From Podarcis pityusensis (lineage: Eukaryota), in assembly GCA_964106645.2 (NCBI GenBank), contig OZ067044.1: a DNA stretch of 64,000 nucleotides. The stretch is one strand, 5' to 3'. The notes under the pieces are model-generated. The model saw only the letters and a program-made list of their open reading frames with translations. It had not been told where the DNA came from and made no database searches. This document shows, piece by piece, positions 1-11,763 of the stretch (the first letter of the stretch is position 1; every line of letters starts with the position of its first letter). Position numbers and translations under genes: made by a program.

Positions 1-2
1 CC

Positions 3-761
3 AAGGAAGTTTACAAGAGGCAGGCAGACAGGCACCGTCGGGAGGGGGAGGCCATACGGGTGGGAGACCAGATGTGGTTGTCATCCCAAGGGTTGCCCCT
101 AAAGGGAGGGTGCAAGAAGTTGCAGCCTAGGTGGCTGGGTCCTTTTGAGGTAATACAGCAGGTTAACCCAGTCGCATTTAAACTCAAGTTGCCTGACAGC
201 ATGAAGATACATCCGGTGTTCCATAGGTCCCTACTTTAACTTTATAGGGAGGGGTGGGAATTCCCGGACGGGAGGGAGGGGTTACCACCCACCCGCGGGT
301 AGAGGAGAGGGAACACTGTAACGAAGCTACGGAAATACTCGATTCGAGGTGGCGAGGTCGCCAGGTAGAGTACTTGGTAGCTTGGGAGGGGGAACCTAGG
401 TCTGAAAACACTTGGGTCTCTGCAGAATCAATCACTGACGGGTATCTGGTGGAAGAATTTCATGGTTTGTTCCCGGGTAAGCCAAAACCATTAGCTAGAT
501 TCTGGGAGGAAGCATTTGGACCCACAGACGACGAAGGGGACTTTGTGGGTTTTCCTGCTTCCGAAGAGGAGGGAGGGGAGGTGTCCGAGGGAGAAGAATC
601 AGACTGGGAGGTTCAACCAGTGGGAAGAGATCCAAGGGGATGGGAGGCTGGTTTTGAATCCTCAGAAGATGATGACAGTTCTTTCAGGGGATTCCCCGCA
701 TCGTCGGTCGAGGAGAGAGAGGAGGTTGTATCGGAAGATCACGCCAGGGGTGGGGGGGTCC
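3..761 (+). pseudogene. Gypsy pol C-terminus (integrase GPF/Y module + chromodomain + acidic tail), disabled
   Basis: In-frame TAA at 237-239 and a frameshift around 240-300 between the GPF module frame and the chromodomain frame. Confidence 0.85.
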
Positions 762-1232
762 TGAGGAGGAGGTGGATTTCAAGGAACTGCCATCAGTGCC
801 GGAGGGAGAGAGCAAAAGCCAGAGGGATTCCAGAGAGCCTCCAGGGATTGGGAGAAGCAGCCCATCTTCTGGGGAAGAGAATCAGCGTAGCACCAGTGGA
901 GAAGGGGGGCAGATGGGGGAAGCGGCGAGGCGGTCCTATGACTCCTTGCCTGGGACCAGCAGGGAGAGTAGGGGTCCTCCATTGCCCACGCCCTCCTTGC
1001 GCAGAAGGCTTTCGCGCAGAGAGAGTAGGAGGAGACTAGGCGTCAAAGAGCTTCTTTGCTGGAAGAAGTTTAAGAAACGCCCACTGACGGATTCTGCCAG
1101 CGATTGAGTCAGCCACGGGTGAGTGGCTGTCCGGACAGAAAAGGTTCACTTAGGCTACCCAGCCAGGTGTTTGCACCCAGCCAGGGAGATAAGCAGCGGC
1201 TTTACGCACGAGCAACCCCTAGAACCACCACA
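762..1232 (+). repeat. 3' LTR of the Gypsy element (approximate)
   Basis: Begins TG just after the purine/G tract and ends ...accacCA at 1232, where the GC-rich sequence gives way abruptly to AT-rich host DNA. The 5' LTR is outside the window, so the boundaries are inferred. Confidence 0.6.
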
Positions 1233-2807
1233 GGTTACATAGAGCATATACAAATACTGGTGTTTTTCACAAGTTGTACAAGTTACATGTCCAGATACAG
1301 ACTGTTCTTCCATCTTCATCAGTTTCAAGAGTTGCATGACCTTGCTTCTTTCCCCCAAATGTTTTCTTTCTGCACTTAGATGTGGGTGGGAAGCAGATTA
1401 TTAATAAGGTTAACTACCCCTTTCCTCACTGCTATACCATATTTCACTGCCCCTTCCCAAAACAGTTTTCACCTAGAAAAAAGCGGAATTAATGTGCAAT
1501 AATATCCTGTTGCAGCAATTTCTTTGCAATTTTTGAACTAGGAATGGGGTTTTTTATTTCTAAATTTTACAGGACACAGCATGAAGACTGAGTGAATCTG
1601 ATGGTGGCTTGTTATATGAGATCAACAGTAAACAAAAACAAAACCCCAGAGCAAAACTCTTTTTTTGTCATGTTTAGTGAAAAATTACACTTCCCATACT
1701 ACGGCTGGCATCCTGGCGGAGGGATAAATATGCACGTATAAGATCATTTCTCCCCCCCCCCCCCAGTGACCTCATGCTAACTTCATTACTAAAACAGGCA
1801 GAGTACACATGTTAATTGGGGTGGGGGAAGGCACAGTGAATGAATCTTGTAGAGAATCATGCAGGTTGGAATGCCCTGAAAGGAGAATGTAATTATATCC
1901 TTTTCCTAATTAAACAGTGTGGCATAATTGATTGTTATAGTGAAACTGTTCCTCAGACTTGCATATAACAGCAAATTTATTCATTCAAAAGTTCAATAGG
2001 AGAGTGGCATTTAAACTTTAACCAATTCAACGATTCATCCATGAAATTGTAAGGGAGGCTGTGCTGGTGTCTATCAACTTAAACTAAAATAAAACTACCC
2101 AATGGGTTGGAAACTTCAAATTAGAAAAGCTGAAAAGATGCATATGTGTACTTTTTTCTGGACTCTCGGGGCTATTCAATTATACTGTGAATTACTATTT
2201 CAGATTACTAAAGGACATTTATAAGTCCCAGATGTACGATTAGCTGTCCCTGTTGATATTGGCTTTGCAGAAGCTAGTGATAATTCAAGAGGGACTGTCG
2301 GAGAAACTATGCATACAACTCCTGATTGATGAATAGCATTTTTTCACTAATCAGCTGACCAAGACAGTTAAAATTTATCTCAATTCAGACTTTAAATATA
2401 TGTAGTCAGTGTGTCCTCTTAGTGCTGCTGTGCAAGTTTGGGGGAAAGTTAGTTAAACATTAAAATGAACTTATAGTGAGCAAACTACAGGTCTTTTGTA
2501 GGAAACTAACATCATACTAGAATTGGTATATTATATGTTTTAGTCAATACTGTATATTTATAGAGTGATTCCAAAGATTACACTATTTTTGTCTGTTAAC
2601 CTTTTTATGCTCTCTCTCGCACACCAGTCTGTTCAGCTTGAAACACAATCACCTTGGAAATTATAAATCTGTGTAAAGTTCTTGTTCTTAACAGTTGAAA
2701 CAAAACATACAAGAACTTAAGAAAAGCCCTGCTTGGCCAAGCCTATCTAGTTGAGCATCCTGTGGTCTACAGATGCCTGTGAGATGCTCCCAAGCAAGGT
2801 CCTTGTG

Positions 2808-2909
2808 CATGGGCGTAGCCAGGATTTTTGTTGGGGAGGGGCAAAACTTCAGATTTGTATTGATTTTCATTGATTTAGGGGGGCATCTGTCCCCCCGGCT
2901 ATGTACATG
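2808..2909. mobile_element. Short hAT-like MITE
   Basis: Imperfect TIRs catgggcgtagcc / ggctatgtacatg; 8-bp TSD tccttgtg / cccttgtg. Confidence 0.7.
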
Positions 2910-2989
2910 CCCTTGTGTAACGGTACTCTCACCAGTTGTGATACTTAGTACTTGATATTTGGAGACTTCTTGTCTCCAACAGTTGAGGT

Positions 2990-3245
2990 AAGGCAATAGC
3001 AATCATGGCTAGTAGCCAGAGAAAGCCATAGACTCTGTTAGTTTCTTCTGATCCTAATTTAAAGCTATCCAAGTTAGTAACCATCACTGTATCTAGTTGA
3101 AGTGAATTCCAACTCTAAACTGTGGGAAGTTCTTCCTTTTGTCTGCTCTGAATCTTCCATCATTCATCTTAATCGGATGGTGCTGGGTTCTAGTGTTGGA
3201 TGGAAAAAAACCTTATCCCTGCCCACTTTCTCCACAACCTGCATA
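2990..3245 (-). mobile_element. Degraded CR1 LINE 3' fragment
   Basis: Antisense CR1-like phrases (atcatggctagtagcc; aagttcttccttttgtct..ctgaatctt; actttctccaca). Confidence 0.5.
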
Positions 3246-3747
3246 AACTCAAACCATGTACATAAAAGCTCTTTACATGTGACGTCAGGATATGACTGTA
3301 CATTTGAGATTTTAATACATTTCCTCTTGAAATCTGATATCTGCTTCAAAATCCAGCACTCAGAGTTATGATGTGTGGATTTGCACACTTTCTAGTGGAT
3401 TGGGAAGTGTCTTCCATAAAACAATGAAAGGATTATTCCTTATCCCTTTGACAGATGCACTTAAAATGTTTTTATTAAGCCACCTAAGTATAATCCAGTA
3501 ATAATAACAGCAATATTAGAATCACACTATGGTTTCCTTTCTGATTTAGGAAACAGTGAGTAAAAGGATGCAGAAACAAGAGTTCACTTGCAGAAATTAG
3601 AATGAGGTTGATGACAACATTTTTCTTGTGTGGTGTGGCCCGTAATGTTCCAGGGCAGCGCCCTGTCCATTATTGTTTTCTTCATAGTAGGATGATTCAG
3701 TGTGTGGTAGTATGGAGATGCTGTCTTAATACCATTCAGTAGCCAGA

Positions 3748-4325
3748 TGTCGGCAGTGGGATGCCTTTGCCATCTTTGTAGCCAATGCGCAGTCAGCTCT
3801 TGCTTCAAGTGTATGCCTTATGTATGCCCCCTGCATGTGATGAGTTGGGGGAGGAGACGGCTCCATATTTAAGGGGGGGAATGGTTGGCTAACTAGAGAT
3901 TTGTCACCTTCTGTGGCAGTTAGGTGTGGGATGGGAACACGCTTAGACACCTTTCATGCTAAGGGGTGGGACCAAAGGTTGGCCTTTGGGCCTACAGGCC
4001 CAGGAGCCAGATAAGGACCACCTCTGAAGCCGACTAGCCTCACCTGCCTGGAACTTTAGGACTCTGGGGAGTGGGGGAAACCTGCCTGCTCTCCTTCAGG
4101 GGGAGGCCTGGGATAAGGAGTAGGTACTTGTGCCATAACCCGCCCACCCCCATTTCTGCAGGCAGGGTGGTTTTCCCTATTAGCTGCAGGCTTGACCTGA
4201 GGTTCAGTTTTCTCCTGCACCTATAGGAATTTTCCTCTGCAGGTAATCATATGGTTTGTTGTATTTAGGTTTCATAAAGTGGCCCTTACTTAACCCAACT
4301 TACTGTTTCTGACTCCTTATTTGGC
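3748..4325 (+). mobile_element. Putative solo LTR
   Basis: GC-richer block with a TATA-like motif (catatttaagg, about 3864) and a polyA-like signal followed by the motif ataaagtggccc...ttaaccca, which also occurs (antisense) in the 28415-29254 element. Ends and TSD are not resolved. Confidence 0.4.
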
Positions 4326-4326
4326 C

Positions 4327-4545
4327 AACTAAACATCAGGAAAAACTTTCTGGCAATAAGGGCTATTCGACAGACGCCCATGAGTAGTGAGGTACTCTCC
4401 TTCCTTGGAGGTTTTTAAGCAGAGGTTGGATGGCCATCTGTCATGTATGATCTAGCTGAGATTCCTGCACTGCAGGGGGTTGGACTAGATGACTCTCTGG
4501 CTCCCTTCCAACTCTTCTGTGATTCCAACAATTGTATGATTCATT
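4327..4545 (+). mobile_element. CR1 LINE 3' end (5'-truncated)
   Basis: aaacatcaggaaaaactttctg...ccttccttggaggtttttaagcagaggttggatggccatctgtc...gattcctgcactgcagggggttggactagatga...cccttccaactct...atgattc; same 3' end as the CR1 at 38700-39150. Confidence 0.85.
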
Positions 4546-5429
4546 GGATCACAATGGCAGGATCTGAACTGTCCAGATTCACAGTCCTTTTCAAAATACC
4601 CACAGATATGTTTTCTTTAGTCCTATGCTTAGGGCAGAATGCTAACCTACAAAAGGAATAGATGCCTGTTTTGTAAAACAAGAGACATCCACTGTGACTA
4701 GGACATGTTGTTCCTCACTTTAACTTGCACATTTTATCATTCTCTTTGGGGTAAATTAAGATGATGGGTGTCCGCTCTTATTGGGAGCTCACCTCTGACT
4801 GCTAAAATGCCACCTGGGGCTGTAGCAGGGAGGGTGGAGGAGTGGCAGCAGAGCTGGGTTGGGCTGGTGAGGATCTCTTCTGAGCAGTACAGTAATCCAC
4901 TGCAGTACAGTAACCCACCAGGTTTAATTTCAAAGGAAACTATTTTCCCTTCGGTGTATAAAATTATTGTAAAACTTTCTTATGTTTAACTCTTCCCAAT
5001 TTACTTTCTAATGGGGAGGGGGGAGAGAAGCAGCTGCGTTTATGAAGCCTTACATAAGCTAGATGGCTGGGGGGGGGGTGATGGAAACTGAATGCAGATA
5101 AGTAGTGTGTTGGAAGGATGGGATTGCATTCCAGTCCTCAACCAGTGCAGCTGGAGCTGGATTGATTAGATGTTGGTAAAACCTGATATGCAATAAGCAA
5201 AACGGGTTCTTTGGAGGAGAACTTGTATCCTTTTCTAGACTGGTCTATGCCTATGCACACTTGCTTGTGCATCAAAGCAAAGCACAAAAATGGAAAGGAA
5301 GTCGGGATGCAACAGGCAATATGTATTGCATTTACATATGTGTAAAAAAGCTGACTGATACAGTATTCCTCATTCTGCAAAACTGCTGTATGTGTGTGCG
5401 GAGGACAAAGAACACTAGCAGAGTCTGAA

Positions 5430-5515
5430 AAGTTAGAGCTGTGACTAGTAATCATGGACCATACTAGATGAACCAGTAGTCTGACTTGGTATAAGGTAAG
5501 CTTTCTTTGTTCCTG
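5430..5515 (+). mobile_element. 3' tail of a CR1-related SINE/LINE (Squam3-like)
   Basis: actagatgaaccagtagtctgacttggtataagg..agctttctttgttcct matches the squamate CR1-derived tail as I recall it. Confidence 0.5.
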
Positions 5516-6874
5516 TGAAGGAGCAGGAATATCTGAGCTTCACTTTCTGTGAATGTCTGAGGATTGTGAGGAAGCAAAAGCAGAAATAAATAGACAGGTT
5601 TTTCATATTGCTAATCTGTGCTTTGTTGTACCCAACAAAGCCAGTCCGTTAGTGCAATGATTTCTGCATGTGCAATGGGATTTCAACTCCTCTCCCAGTG
5701 CCCCTAAATATGTTGGTAGAAGACAGAGAGGAACTCCTGTTACACAAGCAGAAGTCCTTGAGCTAATGGAATGACTTCATAACTCTTTTTTTCTGCTTCT
5801 CAGCTGGACTGAAATAAAAAATTTCAGTAATAAGGAAGCCTTAGTTTTTGTACAATCAAGGACTTTTTAAAAAATACTAACATTTAAAGCTTGCATTTTG
5901 ACCTTGGTGTCTGGACTAAGAGAGGCCTGATATGAGTGCCTTGAAAAACAGCATGACCATTTCTGAGTATATATAAAATAATCATTTTTCTATTATCATG
6001 AAACATGATAGTATTTATTTTTAAATGAACAGCATGCTTCTAACACATATTTTTAGAACTGCTGATGTATTGGTAAGTTATCATGGTGTAATAGCATTGT
6101 ATCCAAAGCTGCTTTTCTTCATAAACCCTTATATTTAATCCCTCGACCCAGCAAGCAGCATGCTGCCCAGGGAATTAACTTCAGATTGAAGATAAAGAAG
6201 GGTCTGAAGTTAATGACTTCTTGAAAAGCCACTGGGAGATTCAATACAACTGCAATAGGATCCTGATGAAGAAAAATACGGTATTCACAAAACAGATAAT
6301 GAAGAATCCTTTGTATTGTTTGCACCTAGACAGAACCATAGTTTTGGCAAATATGACCAGAACTGAGGCTACCATGACAAATTCTGAAATGAAGCTGTTA
6401 ACGGTTTCATTGGGAGTAATATAAAGTTTCCCTCTCTGAAAGGCTTAATGCAGTTTAAAATAAATATAGGATAATTGTAAGACATTTGTTTTCAATGTCT
6501 GTTTCACAGAAAAAAAGCAAAACTTTGTTGCAGATATTACAGAGATAATATAATCAAAATATGATACCAATTTTATAGTCTTTTGTGCCCAGCTATTAAA
6601 AACACATTGCTAAATTTCCAAGAACATTAGTTCGGATACTTACTTAATTTACTATTAAACTTGCCTTTGCTTCTAATAATGGATTTGGTGACTGTAAATG
6701 TGCCAGAAAATAGAAATTATAAATCATGGAAGAATTTGATGCTATCTTAATTGCTTTTAAAAGCAGTGATGAGGTTCTGCCTAGAATAATTTTATTTCAG
6801 CTTGATTGAAGTGGTAATGTAGAATGGCATTTGCATCTGTTAGCAATAAAGATGTTCATGAGTTGCTTGGAAGA

Positions 6875-6875
<1 letters not shown>

Positions 6876-6908
<33 letters not shown>
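6876..6908. repeat. (CG)n-(CA)n microsatellite
   Basis: cgcgcgcg followed by about 12 CA units. Confidence 0.95.
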
Positions 6909-9900
6909 TGCACTATTGTTCATTTGCCCTGACTAAATTTGTTTATTAGCTGCTGGATACTAAATTACAGAATCCTTTCACATTGTTTCAGTTATGTATC
7001 TAGGAATTTATGAAGCTGCTTTTAACTCTAGGAGTTTCTACAGACCCTGTAAAAAAGTTGTTGCTGCTTACTGTGACAGAGAAGAGCAAGGTGGTAGGGA
7101 GGTCAGCACTGTGCAAACACATCAGTGGATCCAATCTGGTGTTCCTACTGGTGCCCTTTCTGATAAGCAACAGAGATAGCTGTCGGGAGCACAGGTGAGC
7201 CAACTCATCACACTGACTGCTATTGACTGTGAACATTTAGAAAACTCACTTTGGTGGCAATATATTACTAGGCACCAGTAAGATCTTGTGGGTAGAATGC
7301 TAGGCTATATCTGGCCTGTTAAACCTGCTCTACTGACCTGCCAACCCCTGTTTTAAGGCTGTTGCCACTGAGTGAGAAAAGCATGCAGAGTTAAGTGGGG
7401 ACAGTATCATGGGACAGGGCAGTGTAGAGAGCAATCAGCATTGCCCCATTGTGTGTGGTGTGCATACATGTATGTGTGTGCAGATGAAGTGAGGAGTGGT
7501 TTGATACACAATTATGACTGCACTGACCTTTGGTATACAGTCCCTGGATGGTTGGCTAATGGTAAATGTGGCCCTCAGACTAAAGGTGAGCTTTCCTAGC
7601 CCTGGTTTAAACAAAGCAAACAGCTTTGTTATGGCTCATTTGTGCAGGCAACAGGAAGAGGTGGAGGGAAAGAAATACAGTGAGGGGGATATGTTACGCT
7701 GGTAATCCTCGTACCTCAGCATTGAAAACACTGCCCTAAACTTTTGGTCACTATTGGCTGGCATAGGTTTGTTGTCCTCTCCCCTCTCCAGATTTGATGA
7801 TTCCAAATCTGTCTGTCTCCTTCAGTTGACACTGAAGAGAGCTATTACTGTGTGGTCAGCTGGTGATATGCATCAGCTCACTTCATAGATTGGCGAATTT
7901 TCGCACCACTGTTGGAAATGGCTCAAAATAATGGTTTGTATGAACACTGCTAGCTGAACCCAAATCACACTGTATGATATTACTCACTAACATTCAATAT
8001 GCAAATAGGCACAAAGGTTTTTTTCCAGAGCAAAAGACTGTACACTACCCTCTTCTTTACATGGTGCTTGTGAAATTCCACTGCAGTGTCTTTGGTGCAC
8101 TTATTGCATTGGAGACTAAAGATTATTTTTGAAAATAACTGGAGACTACAATTCTTTCTAGAAATACTTTGCTTCTTGTCTCTTGGTGTTAGTTAATCCA
8201 GGTAGTATGTGAGCACTAGTCTTGCTAAAGCTGCTTATTTGTGTTAGCATAGTAGTATTATTGTTATAAATAGTTAGCTAGCAAAGCATTTGGGAATGCA
8301 ATAAGTTTTAAAAGCACTCTGTAAAATCAAATTTTAATTCTGAATATGTGCATGAAGCTCTGAAGTACAATAAAACGCTTATGTAAATACTCTAAAATAT
8401 TAAAGCAATACAGTTGCCAATATAATAGCCTAGACACAAAGCAAGAAAAGGCACTTGGATCATCCATTCTGATCCCTTTATAATGACACAGTAATAGTAA
8501 TTTGTATGTACATTCAATCAATTGTATCTAGCAGTACAAGAACTTGACCCTTAATGTAAATGTCATGTTTAACCTAGCAAAAATGTCTACATAATAGCTC
8601 CTGCTTGTCTTCTCAGTGGAATTAATAAAGTTAATAGTATTGTAATATCAGTAATGTAAAATATATTCAGTTCGCTCTGATGAAAAATGCTTCTCGTATC
8701 AGGGCACACTTAAAATGGCCTTATTAGGAATTTATTTCTAAAGCCACAAAATTGCATACTTTAATCAACACATCTTGATCTCTTCTGATGATTGATCTAC
8801 TATAATGGAGGTGGATAAGTGGAACAGTTTATTAGAACTACAGAATAAGTGATTTATAGCATACATTTTCAATCTCAGTCAATATACAAGAGCTGGAGTA
8901 AGCATTACACCAGGGAACAGTTTAATGGCAAAATCCTCTTATCTCAGGAACTAAGCAGTAAAAAATAGTTATTATTGTCTGGATACTTCTAGCTTAGCTT
9001 TGTAATTAAGCATCCCAAGTAGAATCTCCTCCTCTATGTGTAATTTTGCTATAAAATGTGAAGGATGCTAGAGAATACAACTTGTACAAAAACAATTCCC
9101 CCCCGCCCCCACCTTTTAAAACCTTTAAGACATTTTTTCTATACTAAACATGTAGCAGTTAGTATATGGTCAAGCATAATCAAATATTTATATTCCAACC
9201 CCCCTGACAGGAATAAGGCATAGTCATGTGAAGTTCTCTTTAAACTTGTATGAGGCCCTAATTCATTTGTATAAGCTATATACAAGGATGTTATTTTGTA
9301 AAGCGTGTTCTCCTTCATGGAGAGCACGTGTTGCGGTGGGGGCCGCCAGGACACTCCAAAGTTGGGGGGGGGCGGGCTAATTGATCGTTGGCCACTGATG
9401 CGATTGGGGCTTCCCTTGTTGTTGGGAAGAAGTTAATGTTGCCATTTATTGATTGACAGCCAGAAATAGTAAAACTCCTTGCACGAGGCTAGGGGTTGTA
9501 ATCAGCTAATTATTAAATGCTGCCCACATACAGGCAGGAAATTAGTCTCTGGCTATATTTTTGATTTCAGCAAAAAAATATAAATGGTCTCACAGAAAAA
9601 TATAACCTCTCACACAATAATATCATGAAGTTTTATATATTCTCTGGATTCCCCCCCCCCCCTTGGGTATGCAGAAGTACAGCTGGTGACCGTTTGCATG
9701 CATTTGATTGGTGCGTAACTGCTGACACAACTCCTGTTTTCTGCCCCAGAAAATGGAAGTTTTCTGGGGCTTACACGCACTCCGCTGATGTGTACAATGA
9801 CCCAAAACCACAACCCTGGCAAATGGGAAGTTTCCTGTATATAAATTTGTAAGAGGAAAGAAGACTACATTCACTACCCCAACCCTACAATCTGGGTTTT

Positions 9901-11763
9901 AGAACTTCCAGGACCTTGTAGAAATATTGAGGCCAGAGAAATAAGAGAATCCTACAGTAACTTGCCTAATTGTCTTCAGAGAAGAACTTCTGACTTCACA
10001 TAGAATGCAATATTGGTCACCCCAGAATGGAAGTAAGAGCTGCCAATAAATATAATGGGGAAATTAAGGATTTGGGCGTAGCTGAGCAGCAGCGTGTCCC
10101 TCCCCTTTACCCAACAAAAGCAGAGAGGCATTAATGCATTAATCTAGGTTAAATTCAATTTTATAGCTCTGAGCTTTAGGCTGAAAGGCATTATGAACAT
10201 GCATGCAGATGGTGGTAATTTATGAAATTTTTACCTAACGCCTCCTTCTAAATCAACTTCCTCCCCTGCACAAAAAAGCATGACTATTACTCAGCATTAC
10301 TTACAGTATTGTGTGGGATGGGAATCTAGAGGAACAGCACAGAATCAGAGCATAATAAAGTTAGCAAAATTTGTTGATTGGGCCAATCTGTCATATTTTC
10401 AGAAGTTTATTCCGTAGGTGTGTGTTGCAAATGTGGAAAGAACGATGACAGACCCAGTATCTAGGCCTGAATAGATGTATGTAAATGGTCTGGTCTGCAT
10501 GAACATTAATAACTGACTGGGATAAATAGGTATAAAGATCTGGGTTCTGTTCATTCTGGGTGTGTGTGTGTGGGGGGGTCCCCTTCCCCTTCTCATGGCA
10601 TCTCATTGCACTTGCTGAAAAGCCATCCTTGAAATGGAGGGGTACTCCTAAATAGCATGCAGTTCAGCACAGAGGTCTAAAATTGTGGGGAGGGCATGCA
10701 ACTGGCAGAAATCAAATACCTCTCCTCTGTGGTAAGTAAAAATGTTCTTTACTTCAACTAGTGACTTTTGGAATCCAGGCCTGGTTTTTTGTTGCTGAAG
10801 TGCAGCAAATCAAGGGGAAATTCAGGCTTTAAAGGAGCAGAAAAAGACTGTTCCAAGGATTCTCTTATCACAGAAACTAGATGAGCTATTTTTTCTTACT
10901 CTTTCCATGAGATGTCACATTAGGAGTAGGGCATGTCAGTGTGAACAGCACAATGATGTGCCTTTATCCTAAGCCCAAGCACAAAGGTCTCTTTGAGACC
11001 AGTGCAGCTGACATAGTTTGGATGCAGACGCTTAGACTGATTTAGATTATGCCAGTGACCGTTTCCTCTTCACAGTCCACAGAGACGAAACCACTAGATG
11101 CACCTCAAAATGAGTTCTCTGAAGCTATGTACCAACTTCAGCGTTGTTTTATTATGTGGTTATGGACTTACTGTTATGTATAGCAACATTACTCATACCA
11201 AAGTTAATGGTTCTATCTTAAAAATGAAAAAGGACAATTTATTTTTTTAAATCACAAACAACTGAATGTGTGATACTTCCTGTTATGGATTATGTATAGA
11301 AAGCTTGCATTCCAAGCTAAATGAAATTCTAAAATTATGAAGTACTTTAAATTAAACCTGATAACCCCTTTTCAAAACGTTCTTGATTCCCCCCCCCCCC
11401 CCCCCGGCTTGTCTTTTATGTTTCTATGGAGGGACATGCCAAAGTAGTTACAGATCATTGAGAATTCGAGGAAGTATGGGTTCTAGCACCAGAGTTGAGT
11501 GAAACACTGGGACACAGTCGTAATATAGTTAATCCCAAAGCAAAGTCAAATGCAGGTAAAGGGGTAAACTAAAAAATCTACCCAAAGTGACACAGGGGTG
11601 GCTACAGTGAGTGACCAGGTTGATGGGTGGCTGCCTGAAAGGAAAGGTATCATACTGAGAAAGGTGCAGATAGGCAGGGACATACCAAGTAGCCTAGGAA
11701 GCACTACTGGAGCACGACAAGGGGCCCACATAAGCAAGTCAAAAGGTCAACTATTGCCTAGAC

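Larger units (their letters stand above)
1..1232 (+). mobile_element. 3' end of a Gypsy/Ty3 (chromovirus-type) LTR retrotransposon: integrase C-terminus, chromodomain, acidic tail, PPT and 3' LTR; truncated by the window start
   Basis: The frame from 3 reads ...YKRQADRHRR...VGDQMWLS...KKLQPRWLGPFEVIQQVNPVAFKLKLPDSMKIHPVFHRSLL* (GPF/Y integrase module). ORF 254-1039 contains a chromodomain (EILDSRWRGRQVEYLVAWEGEPRSENTWVS...LVEEFH). A G-rich PPT at about 746-758 is followed by TG at 762. Confidence 0.92.

Noticed and set aside
4360-4372. TGTCG...CGACA as LTR termini for 3748-4372
   Set aside because: The CGACA belongs to the adjacent CR1 3' sequence (agggctattcgacag) and there is no clean TSD, so the right LTR end is left approximate.
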